Below are positions 48,194 through 58,348 of a stretch of 64,000 nucleotides of DNA, one piece after another (positions within the stretch are counted from its first letter, which is position 1; every line of letters starts with the position of its first letter). The stretch is taken from assembly GCA_965227515.1 (NCBI GenBank), contig CBDDFZ010000002.1:1088001-1152000 (forward strand), in the 5' to 3' direction. The DNA is from Alphaproteobacteria bacterium (GTDB lineage Bacteria; Pseudomonadota; Alphaproteobacteria; CALKHQ01). Under the pieces are notes generated by a model that was not told the origin of the DNA, did not search any database, and saw nothing but the letters and a program-made list of their open reading frames with translations. A program made the position numbers and the translations under genes.

Positions 48194-49336
48194 ATGATGA
48201 AAGCAACAGGATCGACCCGACATGGCCTCAGCCGCCGCAGCGTGCTGCGCGGTGCCGGCGCGGCGGCAGGCGCCGGCGTTCTTGGCTCGGCCTTGCCGAT
48301 GCGCCGCGCCTACGCGGACGACCTGACCGTCGGCTTTATCTATGTCGGGCCGAAGGACGACTATGGCTACAACCAGGCCCACGCCGAGGGGGCGGCCGCG
48401 ATCAAGGATATCGAGGGCCTGACCCTGGTCGAGGAAGAGAACGTGGCCGAGACCATCGACGTCGAGAAGTCGATGGAGAGCATGATCAATTTCGACGGCG
48501 CGACGCTCCTGTTCCCAACGTCGTTCGGCTATTTCGACCCGCACATGCTGAAGATGTGCGAGTCCTATCCGGACTTGCAGTTCCGCCACTGCGGCGGGCT
48601 GTGGAACGCCGACGCCCACCCCGCCAACGCCGGCTCGTACTTCGGCTATATCGGCATGGGCCAGTACCTGAACGGCATTGTCGCCGGCCACATGTCGCAG
48701 ACCAAGAAGCTGGGCTTCGTCGCCGCCAAGCCGATCCCGCAGGTGCTGCTGAACGTGAACAGCTTCACGCTTGGCGCGCGCAGCGTCGACCCGTCGATCA
48801 CCACCCAGGTGATCTTCACCGGTGAGTGGTCGATGCCGGTCAAGGAGGCGGAGGCAACCAACGCGCTGATCGACCAAGGCGCGGATGTGGTGACCTGCCA
48901 CGTCGACGGTCCGAAGGTGGTGATCGAGACGTCCGAGCGCCGCGGCATCTACACCTGCGGCTACCACGCCAATCAGGCACCGCTGGCGCCCAACGGCTAC
49001 CTGACCGGCGCCGAATGGAATTGGGCCGAAGTCTACAAGATGTTCGTCGAGACCATGATGGCGGGCGAGGCGTTGCCGAACTTCGTGCGCGGCGGCCTGG
49101 CCGAGGGCTTCATCAAGACCAGCCCCTACGGACCCGCGGTGACGCCCGAGGCGGCGGCCCATGCCGACGCGGTGAAAGAAGAGATCATGGCTGGCGGATT
49201 CTCGGTCATCAAGGGCCCGCTCAGCGACAACGAGGGCAACATGGTGGTGGCGGACGGTACCGCGTTCGAGGAGACCGCCATCGAGCTTGAGAGCATGGAC
49301 TACCTGGTCGAGGGCGTCGTCGGCTCGACGAGCTGA
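48194..49336 (+). CDS. BMP family ABC substrate-binding protein with Tat signal
   Basis: SRRSVL twin-arginine motif; GFIYVGP.DD.GYNQAH, TSFGY. Confidence 0.9.
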   Translation: MMKATGSTRHGLSRRSVLRGAGAAAGAGVLGSALPMRRAYADDLTVGFIYVGPKDDYGYNQAHAEGAAAIKDIEGLTLVEEENVAETIDVEKSMESMINFDGATLLFPTSFGYFDPHMLKMCESYPDLQFRHCGGLWNADAHPANAGSYFGYIGMGQYLNGIVAGHMSQTKKLGFVAAKPIPQVLLNVNSFTLGARSVDPSITTQVIFTGEWSMPVKEAEATNALIDQGADVVTCHVDGPKVVIETSERRGIYTCGYHANQAPLAPNGYLTGAEWNWAEVYKMFVETMMAGEALPNFVRGGLAEGFIKTSPYGPAVTPEAAAHADAVKEEIMAGGFSVIKGPLSDNEGNMVVADGTAFEETAIELESMDYLVEGVVGSTS

Positions 49337-49365
49337 CGCGGCGCCCGGCGGATCGGGTCCCGAAG

Positions 49366-50487
49366 ATGGCCGACGCGACGTTCACGCAGGTGACCGGCGC
49401 TGCCACGCCGGGCACGGCACCGTCCGACCGCACGGTCCGCCTGAAGAAGGCGGCCGAGGCGGTGGCGGTGCCGGCGCTTGCCCTCGTCGTGTCCGCCATC
49501 ATCTTCGCCATCTTCCTGGCCGCCCTGGGCCATTCGCCGATCGAGTTCTACGAGCTGATGTTCCAGGGCGGCTTCGGCACCTGGTTCTCGTGGCAGAACA
49601 CGTTGCAGCGCGCCGCGCCGTTCCTGCTGACGGCGCTGTGCGTGGCGGTGCCGGCGCAGCTTGGCATGGTCGTTATCGGCGGCGAAGGGGCATTGGTGCT
49701 AGGGGGCCTCGCCGCCGCCGCCATCGCGATCCCGCTGCAGGGCGCCGACCCTGTGATCGTCCAGATCGGCATGGCGGTGGCGGCGATGGTCCTGGGCGGC
49801 CTGTGGATCGGCCTCGTCGGCGTGCTGCGCCACAAGCGCGGCGTCAACGAGACCATTGCCAGCCTGCTGCTCGCCTACATCGCCATTGCGCTGATGAACC
49901 ATTTCGTCGAAGGGCCGCTGCGCGATCCGGAGAGCCTGAACAAGCCGTCCACCGACCACATCGGCGAGGCCAACATGATGGGCCAGATCCCCGGCATGGA
50001 CGTGCATTGGGGGCTGGTCATCGGCGCGATCGCCTGCGTGCTGCTTTGGGTGTTGATCAGCCGCACCACAATCGGCTTCGCCGCGCGCATGGCCGGCGGC
50101 AACGTGCGCGCCGCATTGTTGCAAGGCCTGCCGGTCGGATGGCTGGTCATCGGCTTCTGCGTCATCGCCGGCGCCTGCGCCGGGCTTGCCGGCATGATCG
50201 AGGTCGCCGCCGTGCACGGCCGCGCCAACGCCTCGCTGATCGCCGGCTACGGCTATACCGGCATCCTGGTCGCGTTCCTGGCCCGCCACAACCCGCTCGC
50301 GATCATCCCGGTCGCGATCCTGTTCGGCGGCATCACCGCGTCGGGCGGCCTGATCCAGCGCCGCATGGACCTGCCGGACGCCACCGTGCTGGTGCTGCAG
50401 GGCGTGATCTTCGTCGTCATCCTGGTCGGCGAGACGCTGTACGGCCGGTTCCGCATCTTCCAACCGAAACGCCTGGACGAGCGCTGA
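49366..50487 (+). CDS. Nucleoside/simple-sugar-type ABC permease 1
   Basis: IGGEGAL, VNETIASL, GYGYTGILVAFL. Confidence 0.9.
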   Translation: MADATFTQVTGAATPGTAPSDRTVRLKKAAEAVAVPALALVVSAIIFAIFLAALGHSPIEFYELMFQGGFGTWFSWQNTLQRAAPFLLTALCVAVPAQLGMVVIGGEGALVLGGLAAAAIAIPLQGADPVIVQIGMAVAAMVLGGLWIGLVGVLRHKRGVNETIASLLLAYIAIALMNHFVEGPLRDPESLNKPSTDHIGEANMMGQIPGMDVHWGLVIGAIACVLLWVLISRTTIGFAARMAGGNVRAALLQGLPVGWLVIGFCVIAGACAGLAGMIEVAAVHGRANASLIAGYGYTGILVAFLARHNPLAIIPVAILFGGITASGGLIQRRMDLPDATVLVLQGVIFVVILVGETLYGRFRIFQPKRLDER

Positions 50488-50490
50488 GCC

Positions 50491-51426
50491 ATGGAAACCG
50501 CCGTAGCCGTCGATATCGGATGGTGGGGGGTGCCGCTGGCGGTGCTGGCCGGCGCGATCCGGGTGTCGACCCCATTCCTGTTCGTCAGCCTGGGCGAGTG
50601 CCTGACCGAGAAGAGCGGGCGCATCAATCTGGGGCTGGAAGGCACCCTGGTGCTGGGCGCGATGTCGGCCTACGCCATCTCCTACGAGACCGGCTCGCCC
50701 TGGCTGGGCACCCTGTTCGCCGGCATCGTCGGCTCGATGTTCGGCGCGCTGCACGGCTATATCTGCAAGTTCCCCAAGGTCAACGACATCGCCATCGGCA
50801 TCGCCTTGATGCTGCTCGGCACCGGTTTGGCGTTCTTCTTCGGCAAGCCCTACATCCAGCCGACCGCGCCGATCCTGCCGGCGATCCCGCTCGGCTGGTG
50901 GTCGGACATCCCGCAGGTGCGTTCGGCCCTCGACATCAACGTGCTGTTCGTCATCGGCATCGCGGTCGCCTTCGTGATGGCCTGGATGTTCCGCAACACG
51001 CGCGTCGGGCTCATCGTGCGGATGACGGGCGACAGCGCGGATGCGGCGCGCGCCATGGGCTATTCGGTCGACATGGTGCGCTTCCTCGCCACCATGGCCG
51101 GCGGCTTCCTGGCCGGCATCGGCGGGGCGTTCCTGTCGCTCTACTACCCCGGCAGCTGGAACGAGGGCCTGTCGTCGGGCCAGGGCCTGATGGCGGTGGC
51201 ACTGGTGATCTTCGCGCGCTGGGACCCGAAGCTCTGTTTCCTGGCGGCACTGCTGTTCGGCGGCGCCGGCGCGCTGGGCCCGGCCCTGCAGTCGGTCGGC
51301 GTGTCCGAAGGGTACTACCTGTTCAACGCAGCGCCCTACGTGCTGACGCTGGCGATCATGATCCTGACCGTGTCGCCGCGCCGCAATCTGGCCGGCGCAC
51401 CCGGCGAATTGTCGATTACCAAGTGA
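50491..51426 (+). CDS. Nucleoside/simple-sugar-type ABC permease 2
   Basis: EKSGRINLGLEG, GQGLMAVALV, PYVLT. Confidence 0.9.
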   Translation: METAVAVDIGWWGVPLAVLAGAIRVSTPFLFVSLGECLTEKSGRINLGLEGTLVLGAMSAYAISYETGSPWLGTLFAGIVGSMFGALHGYICKFPKVNDIAIGIALMLLGTGLAFFFGKPYIQPTAPILPAIPLGWWSDIPQVRSALDINVLFVIGIAVAFVMAWMFRNTRVGLIVRMTGDSADAARAMGYSVDMVRFLATMAGGFLAGIGGAFLSLYYPGSWNEGLSSGQGLMAVALVIFARWDPKLCFLAALLFGGAGALGPALQSVGVSEGYYLFNAAPYVLTLAIMILTVSPRRNLAGAPGELSITK

Positions 51427-51453
51427 CCGGCACCAAATGAGGGAGATGGCCGA

Positions 51454-52458
51454 ATGAGCGGACTGGGCGGGCTGAACAAGTCACCGGGCGGCGTGGTGGT
51501 AGGGCTGGTCCAGCTCCAGCTTCCGGTGGTGGACACGCCCGATCAGCTCGCGGCGCAAGCCGACAAGATCGTCGCCATGGTCGCCAAGGCACGGCGCGGC
51601 ATGCCGACCATGGACCTGGTCGTGTTCCCCGAATACGCGCTGCACGGGCTCTCCATGGCCACCGACCCGGCGATCATGTGCAGCCTGGACGGGCCGGAGG
51701 TCGCCGCGTTCAAGAAGGCCTGCGTCGATAACGCGATCTGGGGCTGCTTCTCGATCATGGAGGCGAATCCCGACGGCAACCCCTACAACTCCGGCCTGAT
51801 CATCGACGATACCGGCGAGATCCGGCTCTACTACCGCAAGCTCCACCCCTGGGTGCCCGTCGAGCCGTGGGAGCCCGGCGACCTGGGCATATCGGTCTGC
51901 GACGGGCCGAACGGCAGTCGTATCGGGCTGATCATCTGCCACGACGGCATGTTCCCGGAGATGGCGCGGGAGTGCGCGTACAAGGGTGCGGAGATCATGA
52001 TCCGCACCGCCGGCTACACCGCGCCGATCCGCCATGCCTGGCAAGTGACCAACCAGTCCAACGCCTTCTGCAACCTGATGGCCACCGCCAGCGTGTGCAT
52101 GTGCGGCAGCGACGGCACGTTCAACTCCATGGGCGAGGCGATGGTGTGCAATTTCGACGGCACAATCATGGTCGAGGGCAACGGGCTCGCCGACGAGATC
52201 GTCACCGCCGAGCTCAGGCCCGACCTGATCCGCGAGGCGCGGCGCGAATGGGCGGTGGAGAACAATATCTACCAGTTCGGCCACCGCGGATTCACCGCCG
52301 TGCTCGGCGGCGCGCAGGACTGTCCCTACACCTACATGCACGACCTTGCGGCGGGCCAGTACCGGCTGCCGTGGGAGGACGAGGTCAAGGTGACCGACGG
52401 GACGTCCTGCGGTTTTGCGGTGCCGAACCGCACCTACAAGCAAGCGATGAGCGAGTGA
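51454..52458 (+). CDS. amiF: Formamidase (nitrilase superfamily)
   Basis: Catalytic E-K-C in [16 protein letters not shown] (formamidase-type CHD); MSGLGGLNK start. Confidence 0.9.
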   Translation: MSGLGGLNKSPGGVVVGLVQLQLPVVDTPDQLAAQADKIVAMVAKARRGMPTMDLVVFPEYALHGLSMATDPAIMCSLDGPEVAAFKKACVDNAIWGCFSIMEANPDGNPYNSGLIIDDTGEIRLYYRKLHPWVPVEPWEPGDLGISVCDGPNGSRIGLIICHDGMFPEMARECAYKGAEIMIRTAGYTAPIRHAWQVTNQSNAFCNLMATASVCMCGSDGTFNSMGEAMVCNFDGTIMVEGNGLADEIVTAELRPDLIREARREWAVENNIYQFGHRGFTAVLGGAQDCPYTYMHDLAAGQYRLPWEDEVKVTDGTSCGFAVPNRTYKQAMSE

Positions 52459-52472
52459 ACGGAGGCGCACCG

Positions 52473-53156
52473 GTGCCGGAGACCTACATTTCCGCCGACC
52501 CCTATCCCTGGCCCTACAACGGCGACCTGAGGCCGGAAAACACCGCGCTGGTGGTGATCGACATGCAGACCGACTTCTGCGGCGCGGGCGGCTATGTGGA
52601 TTCGATGGGCTACGACCTGTCGCTGACCCGCGCGCCGATCGAGCCGATCAGGAAGGTGCTCGGCGCGATGCGATCCAAGGGTTACCACATCTTCCACACG
52701 CGTGAGGGGCACCGGCCCGACCTCGCCGACCTGCCCGCCAACAAGCGCTGGCGCTCCCAACGCATCAATGCCGGCATCGGCGACCCCGGCCCGTGCGGGC
52801 GCATCCTGGTGCGCGGCGAGCCTGGCTGGGACATCATCCCGGAACTGGCGCCGCTTGACGGCGAGCCGGTCATCGACAAGCCCGGCAAGGGCACGTTCTG
52901 CGCCACCGATTTCGACATGATGCTGCGCCAGCGCGGCATCGAGAATATCGTGCTGACCGGCATCACTACCGACGTGTGCGTGCACACCACCATGCGCGAG
53001 GCCAACGACCGGGGTTATGAGTGCGTGCTGCTGGAGGACTGTTGCGGTGCCACCGACCGCAACAACCACCTCGCCGCGATCCAGATGATCAAGATGCAGG
53101 GCGGCGTATTCGGCAGTGTCTCGAACGCCGACGACTTCGTGGCCGGCCTGCCGTGA
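52473..53156 (+). CDS. biuH: Biuret hydrolase (cysteine hydrolase/isochorismatase family)
   Basis: [48 protein letters not shown] typical of BiuH; GGAGG RBS before GTG. Confidence 0.9.
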   Translation: MPETYISADPYPWPYNGDLRPENTALVVIDMQTDFCGAGGYVDSMGYDLSLTRAPIEPIRKVLGAMRSKGYHIFHTREGHRPDLADLPANKRWRSQRINAGIGDPGPCGRILVRGEPGWDIIPELAPLDGEPVIDKPGKGTFCATDFDMMLRQRGIENIVLTGITTDVCVHTTMREANDRGYECVLLEDCCGATDRNNHLAAIQMIKMQGGVFGSVSNADDFVAGLP

Positions 53157-54718
53157 GCACCGCCGCCACAACAGCCTCTGGCACCGGCGCCATCGGCATC
53201 GAGACGATCTCGGTCACCAAGCGGTTCGGCCCGTTCACCGCGCTGGATGCGGTGTCGATGCAGGTCGCACCCGGCGAGATGCACGCGCTGTTGGGCGAGA
53301 ACGGCGCCGGCAAGTCGACGCTGGTCAAGTGCGTGATGGGCTACTACCACGCCGACGACGGCAATATCGTCATCGACGGGCGCGAGCGCGAGATCGCCAA
53401 CCCCCGCGACGCCCACAGCCACGGGCTGGGCATGGTCTATCAGCACTTCACGCTGGTGCCGTCGATGACCGTTGCCGAGAACCTGGTGATGGCCCGTGCC
53501 GACGTGCCGACGGTGATCGACTGGAAGCGCGAGTTCGAGGCGCTGGAGGCGTTTCTGGCGCGGATGCCGTTCAAGGTGCCGCTGCGCAAGGCGGTGGCCG
53601 ATCTCGCGGCCGGTGAGCGTCAGAAGACCGAGATCCTGAAGCAGCTCTATCTGGAGCGCCGGTTCCTGATCCTGGACGAGCCCACGTCGGTGCTGACGCC
53701 GGGCGAGGCCGACGAGATGCTGGGCCTGCTGCGCGGGCTGACCCGCGACGGCGTGCTGTCGATCCTGATGATCACCCACAAGTTCCGCGAGGTGATGGGC
53801 TATGCCGACGCGGTGACGGTGCTGCGGCGCGGCAAGCTCGCCGGCACCGGCGCGGTCGCCGACCTGACCCGCGAGGATCTGGCCGCGATGATGATCGGCA
53901 GCGCCACCCTGCCGGAGAGTGCCGCGCGCGAGGGCACGCCCGCCGCGCGCACCATGCTGACGCTGAGCGGGCTGACGGCAGAGGATGCCTCCGGCCACAA
54001 GGGCATCGATATCGCCGACCTGAAGGTCCATGCCGGCGAGGTCGTCGGTATCGCCGGTGTCTCCGGCAACGGCCAGAAGGAACTGGTCGAGGTGATCGGC
54101 GGCCAGCGCCCGCCGACCGGCGGTGCGATGCGGGTGGAGGACGCGGACTATGGCGCCACCCGGCGCCAGGCCCAGGCGCTGAAGGTGCGCTGCCTGCCCG
54201 AGGAGCCGCTGCGCAATGCCTGCGTGCCGCGCATGTCGGTGGCCGACAACCTTTCGTTCCGCGAATTCGACCGCACCGGTAAGACAAACGGCAAGGCCAA
54301 TGGCGCGGCCCGGCCCGCGATGTGGCTGAACCGGGGGCGGATCGGCCGCCGCGCCGCCGAACTGATCGGACGCTACCAGATCAAGACGGCGTCGAAGGAG
54401 TCGGAGATCGCAACCCTTTCCGGCGGCAACGTGCAGCGCACGGTGCTGGCGCGCGAGCTTTCCGGCGAGGTGCATCTGCTGATCGCCGCCAACCCGTGCT
54501 TCGGGCTGGATTTCGCGGCGGTTGCCGAGATCCGCGGCCAGATCATGGCCGCACGCAACCGAGGCGTCGGCGTGCTGCTGATCAGCGAGGATCTGGACGA
54601 GTTGTTCGAGCTGTCCGACCGCATCCTGGTGATGTCGGAAGGCAAGATCGTCTACGAGACGCCGATCGAGACCGCCGACGTGCAGACCATCGGCACCCAC
54701 ATGGCCGGGCATCATTAG
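53153..54718 (+). CDS. ABC ATPase (two-domain, nucleoside/sugar type)
   Basis: [33 protein letters not shown]. Confidence 0.92.
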   Translation: MSTAATTASGTGAIGIETISVTKRFGPFTALDAVSMQVAPGEMHALLGENGAGKSTLVKCVMGYYHADDGNIVIDGREREIANPRDAHSHGLGMVYQHFTLVPSMTVAENLVMARADVPTVIDWKREFEALEAFLARMPFKVPLRKAVADLAAGERQKTEILKQLYLERRFLILDEPTSVLTPGEADEMLGLLRGLTRDGVLSILMITHKFREVMGYADAVTVLRRGKLAGTGAVADLTREDLAAMMIGSATLPESAAREGTPAARTMLTLSGLTAEDASGHKGIDIADLKVHAGEVVGIAGVSGNGQKELVEVIGGQRPPTGGAMRVEDADYGATRRQAQALKVRCLPEEPLRNACVPRMSVADNLSFREFDRTGKTNGKANGAARPAMWLNRGRIGRRAAELIGRYQIKTASKESEIATLSGGNVQRTVLARELSGEVHLLIAANPCFGLDFAAVAEIRGQIMAARNRGVGVLLISEDLDELFELSDRILVMSEGKIVYETPIETADVQTIGTHMAGHH

Positions 54719-54740
54719 ATCATGTCAGCTTTCGCTGAAG

Positions 54741-54823
54741 TCGGCACCGGCCCGCTCCCCCACCCGACCACCCATCAATCATACTGTCGTTGGGCGGCCG
54801 GCTGGGCATGCGGGCCTGTGCCA
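54741..54823. repeat. GCACCGGCCC-type palindromic repeat, copy 2
   Basis: TCGGCACCGGCCCGCTCCCCCACCCGACCACCCA...TGGGCGGCCGGCTGGGCATGCGGGCCTGTGCC. Confidence 0.75.
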
Positions 54824-54849
54824 AAGCGAAAGACAGGCCAGAGAACCTT

Positions 54850-55515
54850 ATGACCGCCGTTTCCGCCCAGCCTTTCGACTTCGACCTGGACCCCGCGCGC
54901 GTGGCGCTGATCGTCATCGACATGCAGCGCGACTTCATCGAGTCTGGCGGCTTTGGCGCCAGCTTGGGCAACGACGTCAGCCTGCTTGCCGCCATCGTGC
55001 CGGCAGTGAAGCGGGCGATCGAGGCGTTCCGGGCACATGGCCTGCCCATCGTCCACACCCGCGAGTGCCACCGTCCCGACCTTTCCGACTGCCCGCCGGC
55101 CAAGCGCGAGCGCGGCAGCCCGAGCCTGCGCATCGGCGATCCGGGACCGATGGGCCGCGTGCTGATTGCCGGCGAACCGGGGGCGGAGATCGTGCCCGAC
55201 CTGCTGCCGGCCGACGGCGAGATCGTTATCGACAAGCCCGGCAAGGGCGCGTTCTACGCCACCGACTTGACGGCGGCGCTGGAAGCGCGCGGCATCCGCC
55301 AACTCGTTTTCACCGGCGTCACCACGGAGGTGTGCGTGCAGACCACCATGCGCGAAGCCAACGACCGTGGCTATGAGTGCCTGTTGCTGGAGGACGGGAC
55401 CGAGAGCTACTTCCCGGCCTTCAAGGCGGCGGCGATTGAGATGATCCGCGCCCAGGGCGCCATCGTCGGGTGGACCACCGATACCGACACGCTGATCGCG
55501 GCTCTAGATGCCTGA
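54850..55515 (+). CDS. trtA: Triuret hydrolase-like cysteine hydrolase
   Basis: [41 protein letters not shown] distinguish it from BiuH. Confidence 0.82.
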   Translation: MTAVSAQPFDFDLDPARVALIVIDMQRDFIESGGFGASLGNDVSLLAAIVPAVKRAIEAFRAHGLPIVHTRECHRPDLSDCPPAKRERGSPSLRIGDPGPMGRVLIAGEPGAEIVPDLLPADGEIVIDKPGKGAFYATDLTAALEARGIRQLVFTGVTTEVCVQTTMREANDRGYECLLLEDGTESYFPAFKAAAIEMIRAQGAIVGWTTDTDTLIAALDA

Positions 55516-55861
55516 ACCTTTTTCTTATAGCGGCTTGATCAATGGCGGCTGGCGCGCGCTGGAGTTCGCGCCGTTCCGCGACGGTGTCGAGATCCATCGT
55601 CTCTATGCGGAGGGCGACGACGGGCCGGCGGCGGCGCTGCTGCGCTACGCCCCCGGCGCACAGGTGCCGCGCCACCTGCATCCCGGCTACGAGCACGTGA
55701 TCGTGCTGGAAGGGTCGCAGCGCGATGCCAACGGCCTGCACCAGACCGGCGACGTTGTCGTCAACACGCCGGGCAGCAGCCACGACGTGACCAGCGAAGA
55801 AGGCTGCGTTGTGCTGGTGATCTGGGGCCGGCCGGTGCGGTTTGAAGAGGCGGAAGCATGA
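55508..55861 (+). CDS. Single-domain cupin (ChrR-like) of unknown function
   Basis: [32 protein letters not shown]; overlaps both neighbours. Confidence 0.85.
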   Translation: MPEPFSYSGLINGGWRALEFAPFRDGVEIHRLYAEGDDGPAAALLRYAPGAQVPRHLHPGYEHVIVLEGSQRDANGLHQTGDVVVNTPGSSHDVTSEEGCVVLVIWGRPVRFEEAEA

Positions 55862-56937
55862 GGCGCGCCGACGTGGTGTGCCTGCCCGCAGCCGGGCCGG
55901 ACGACACCTCGGCAATCGAGGCCGCCGTTGCCGTGGGCGACATCGACCCCGCGGCCATCGTCGCCATCCTCGGCAAGACCGAGGGCAATGGGTGCGTCAA
56001 CGATTTCACCCGCGGCTACGCGGTGCAGAACCTGAAGGCCATGCTCGCACGATACATTCGCGCGCCGGACGTGGACCGTGTCGCCATGGTCATGTCCGGC
56101 GGCACCGAGGGCGGGTTGTCGCCGCACTGGTTGGTGTTCTGTGCATACGATGCCGGTCGGACGTTCGCACCGAACGGCGGCGCGCTGGCCGTGACCGTCG
56201 CCCGCTCGCAAGAGCTCCGGCCTGAGGAAATCGGCCGCCGGGCGCAGGTCGATGCGGTGGCCGAAGCCGTTCGCGCGGCGATGGCGGATGCCGGCATCGC
56301 CGACGCCGGCGACGTGCACTACGTCCAGGTCAAATGCCCGCTGCTGACCGCCGCCAAGGTTGCCGATGCGGCGGTGCGCAGCAAGACCGCGGCCACCGCC
56401 GACACTCTGAAATCGATGGGGCTGTCGCGCGGCGCATCGGCGCTCGGCGTGGCCGTGGCGTTGGGCGAAATTCCGGAAAGCGCGGTCACCGATGGCATGA
56501 TCGGCACCGACACGGCGTTCTGGTCGAGCCGGGCAAGCTGCTCGGCGGGAGTCGAACTCGACGACTGCGAAATCGTGCTGATGGGCAACAGCGCGGGCTG
56601 GACCGGGCCGCTGCGCATCGCCCACGACGTGATGGCGGACGCTATCGACACCGCCGCCGCCGGCCGGGTGTTGCAGACCCTGGCCCTGCACCCCGGCTCG
56701 GACCATCTCCAGGCGGTGCTGGCCAAGGCCGAGGCCGCGCCCGATGGCCGTATTCGCGGCCGCCGGCACACCATGCTCGACGACAGCGACATTTCCTCCA
56801 CCCGCCATGCCCGCGCGCTGGTTGGGGGCGCCCTGGCCGGTTTCATCGGCCGCACCGACCTGTTCGTATCCGGCGGCGCGGAGCACCAGGGGCCGGCCGG
56901 CGGCGGCCCGATCGCCATGATTGCCTGCGCGCCATAG
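55858..56937 (+). CDS. atzD: Cyanuric acid amidohydrolase (AtzD/barbiturase family)
   Basis: GKTEGNGCVNDFTR, MSGGTEG, QVKCPLL, SRASCSAG, SGGAEHQGP; Arg in SRGASALG and HARA favours cyanuric acid hydrolase. Confidence 0.88.
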   Translation: MRRADVVCLPAAGPDDTSAIEAAVAVGDIDPAAIVAILGKTEGNGCVNDFTRGYAVQNLKAMLARYIRAPDVDRVAMVMSGGTEGGLSPHWLVFCAYDAGRTFAPNGGALAVTVARSQELRPEEIGRRAQVDAVAEAVRAAMADAGIADAGDVHYVQVKCPLLTAAKVADAAVRSKTAATADTLKSMGLSRGASALGVAVALGEIPESAVTDGMIGTDTAFWSSRASCSAGVELDDCEIVLMGNSAGWTGPLRIAHDVMADAIDTAAAGRVLQTLALHPGSDHLQAVLAKAEAAPDGRIRGRRHTMLDDSDISSTRHARALVGGALAGFIGRTDLFVSGGAEHQGPAGGGPIAMIACAP

Positions 56938-57222
56938 GGACCAAACGGGTTGCGGCACGACCGCTATTCCGGTGCGTTGTGCCGGCTCGCCGATGCATCC
57001 GGCATCGCGGTCGCCCATTGGTCCCTGGGCACGCCTGCCGCTCCGACAATCAGGCCCGCAACGCTGACCTTGCGGCGTTTCTCAGCAGCCTGCTCGGCGG
57101 CCGACAGCAAGCTATCGCGACCAGCGACCCGCACGATCAAACAGATCGCAGTCCAAGTGGCGCAGACACCTCGAATGTCGGTGGATGATCGCGAGCTTCG
57201 CCGGATCGAGCGGCCGGCGCGA

Positions 57223-57530
57223 TCAGGGTCTGGCGGAGATGTTGTCCGCCACAATCAGATGCGGAAACAGCGCATAGGACTGGAAGCACATCGCGGTATC
57301 GCGCCGCTCGTGCGGGGCGGTTGTCACGTCCATATCGCCGATTTCGATCCTGCCCCTGGTCGGGGCGTGGAAACCGGCGATGGTCTTCAGCAGGATGGTC
57401 TTGCCGCACCCCGGCGGCCCAAGCAGGGTCACGAACTCGCCGGGCGCCACGGTCAACGACACGTCCGACAGCGCCTCGAACCCGTCGTCGAAAATCTTGG
57501 TAACGGCGATGACCTTCAGCGCGGACAAGG
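57223..57530 (-). pseudogene. Truncated remnant of a PotA/MalK-like ABC ATPase
   Basis: [15 protein letters not shown] and [13 protein letters not shown], then a stop; no signature motif or Walker B found downstream. Confidence 0.75.
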
Positions 57531-57659
57531 CTCCGACCCGCAAGAGTGGTAGGCACGACCGAGGCCACGTCCGGTGCAAGGACCGACGGGTGAAACGGCG
57601 CTTCAGGCGTGATTAGCCGCGCGGCGGGTCGCTTTCGTGAAGGTTCGGCGAAATATTTG

Positions 57660-58271
57660 TTATGGGCAGGGACAGTTGCGACGGCGGGCGGGCCATATGG
57701 CCAGCACGCTTTCCGGATTTGTCATCGTCCTGGGGCGCGGCGGGTCGGCGACTGTGCCGACGGAGATGAAGCCGGCCAGTCGCTCCACGTCCGCGATGCC
57801 GAGCCAATCCCGGATCACCGGGTCTTCGCAGCGATAGCCGGAGACGATCTTCGCGCCGAAGCCATGCGCTTCGATGGCGAGCAGCATGTTCTGCAGCGCG
57901 GTACCGACCGCAATCCACTGCTCATGGACTGGAATGTCCGCATGGCATGCATCGACCCGGGCGACCAGGGCCAGTTGCACTGGCGCGTTCAGCGCCTTGC
58001 CGCGCTCGCGCGCGAGTTCTTCGTCAGAGGCGTCTGCCCGGCGCGCGGTCAATGCCGCCGCAAAGGCATGCGCGAGGGCCTCGCGATCCAGGTTCAGCAG
58101 GCGCCAGGGCCTGAGCAGGCCATGATCCGGCGCCGCCAGTCCAGCAGCCGCGATATCGCGGAGCACCGCCAATGACGGCCCCGGTGGACGGAGCCGCCGC
58201 GGCGACACCGATCGCCGGCCATGGATGGCCGCCAGGATCGGCGATGGCATGTGCCGTTGGATCGCGTTCAT
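57660..58271 (-). CDS. Nitroreductase family protein (YdjA-like) downstream of aioA
   Basis: RRSV, APDHGLLRPWR, QNMLLAIEAHGFG, GFISVGT. Confidence 0.85.
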   Translation of the reverse strand: MNAIQRHMPSPILAAIHGRRSVSPRRLRPPGPSLAVLRDIAAAGLAAPDHGLLRPWRLLNLDREALAHAFAAALTARRADASDEELARERGKALNAPVQLALVARVDACHADIPVHEQWIAVGTALQNMLLAIEAHGFGAKIVSGYRCEDPVIRDWLGIADVERLAGFISVGTVADPPRPRTMTNPESVLAIWPARRRNCPCP

Positions 58272-58348
58272 CGGGCGGGACTCCGGCGGGCCACACGAGA
58301 TGCCGGTGAGTGGGGACTCACCTGTCCCCACCCACGGCAGCGCGGGAA

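Noticed and set aside
55858-56937. Barbiturase rather than cyanuric acid hydrolase
   Set aside because: Arg in SRGASALG and HARA, and the biuH/atzF context, favour cyanuric acid hydrolase
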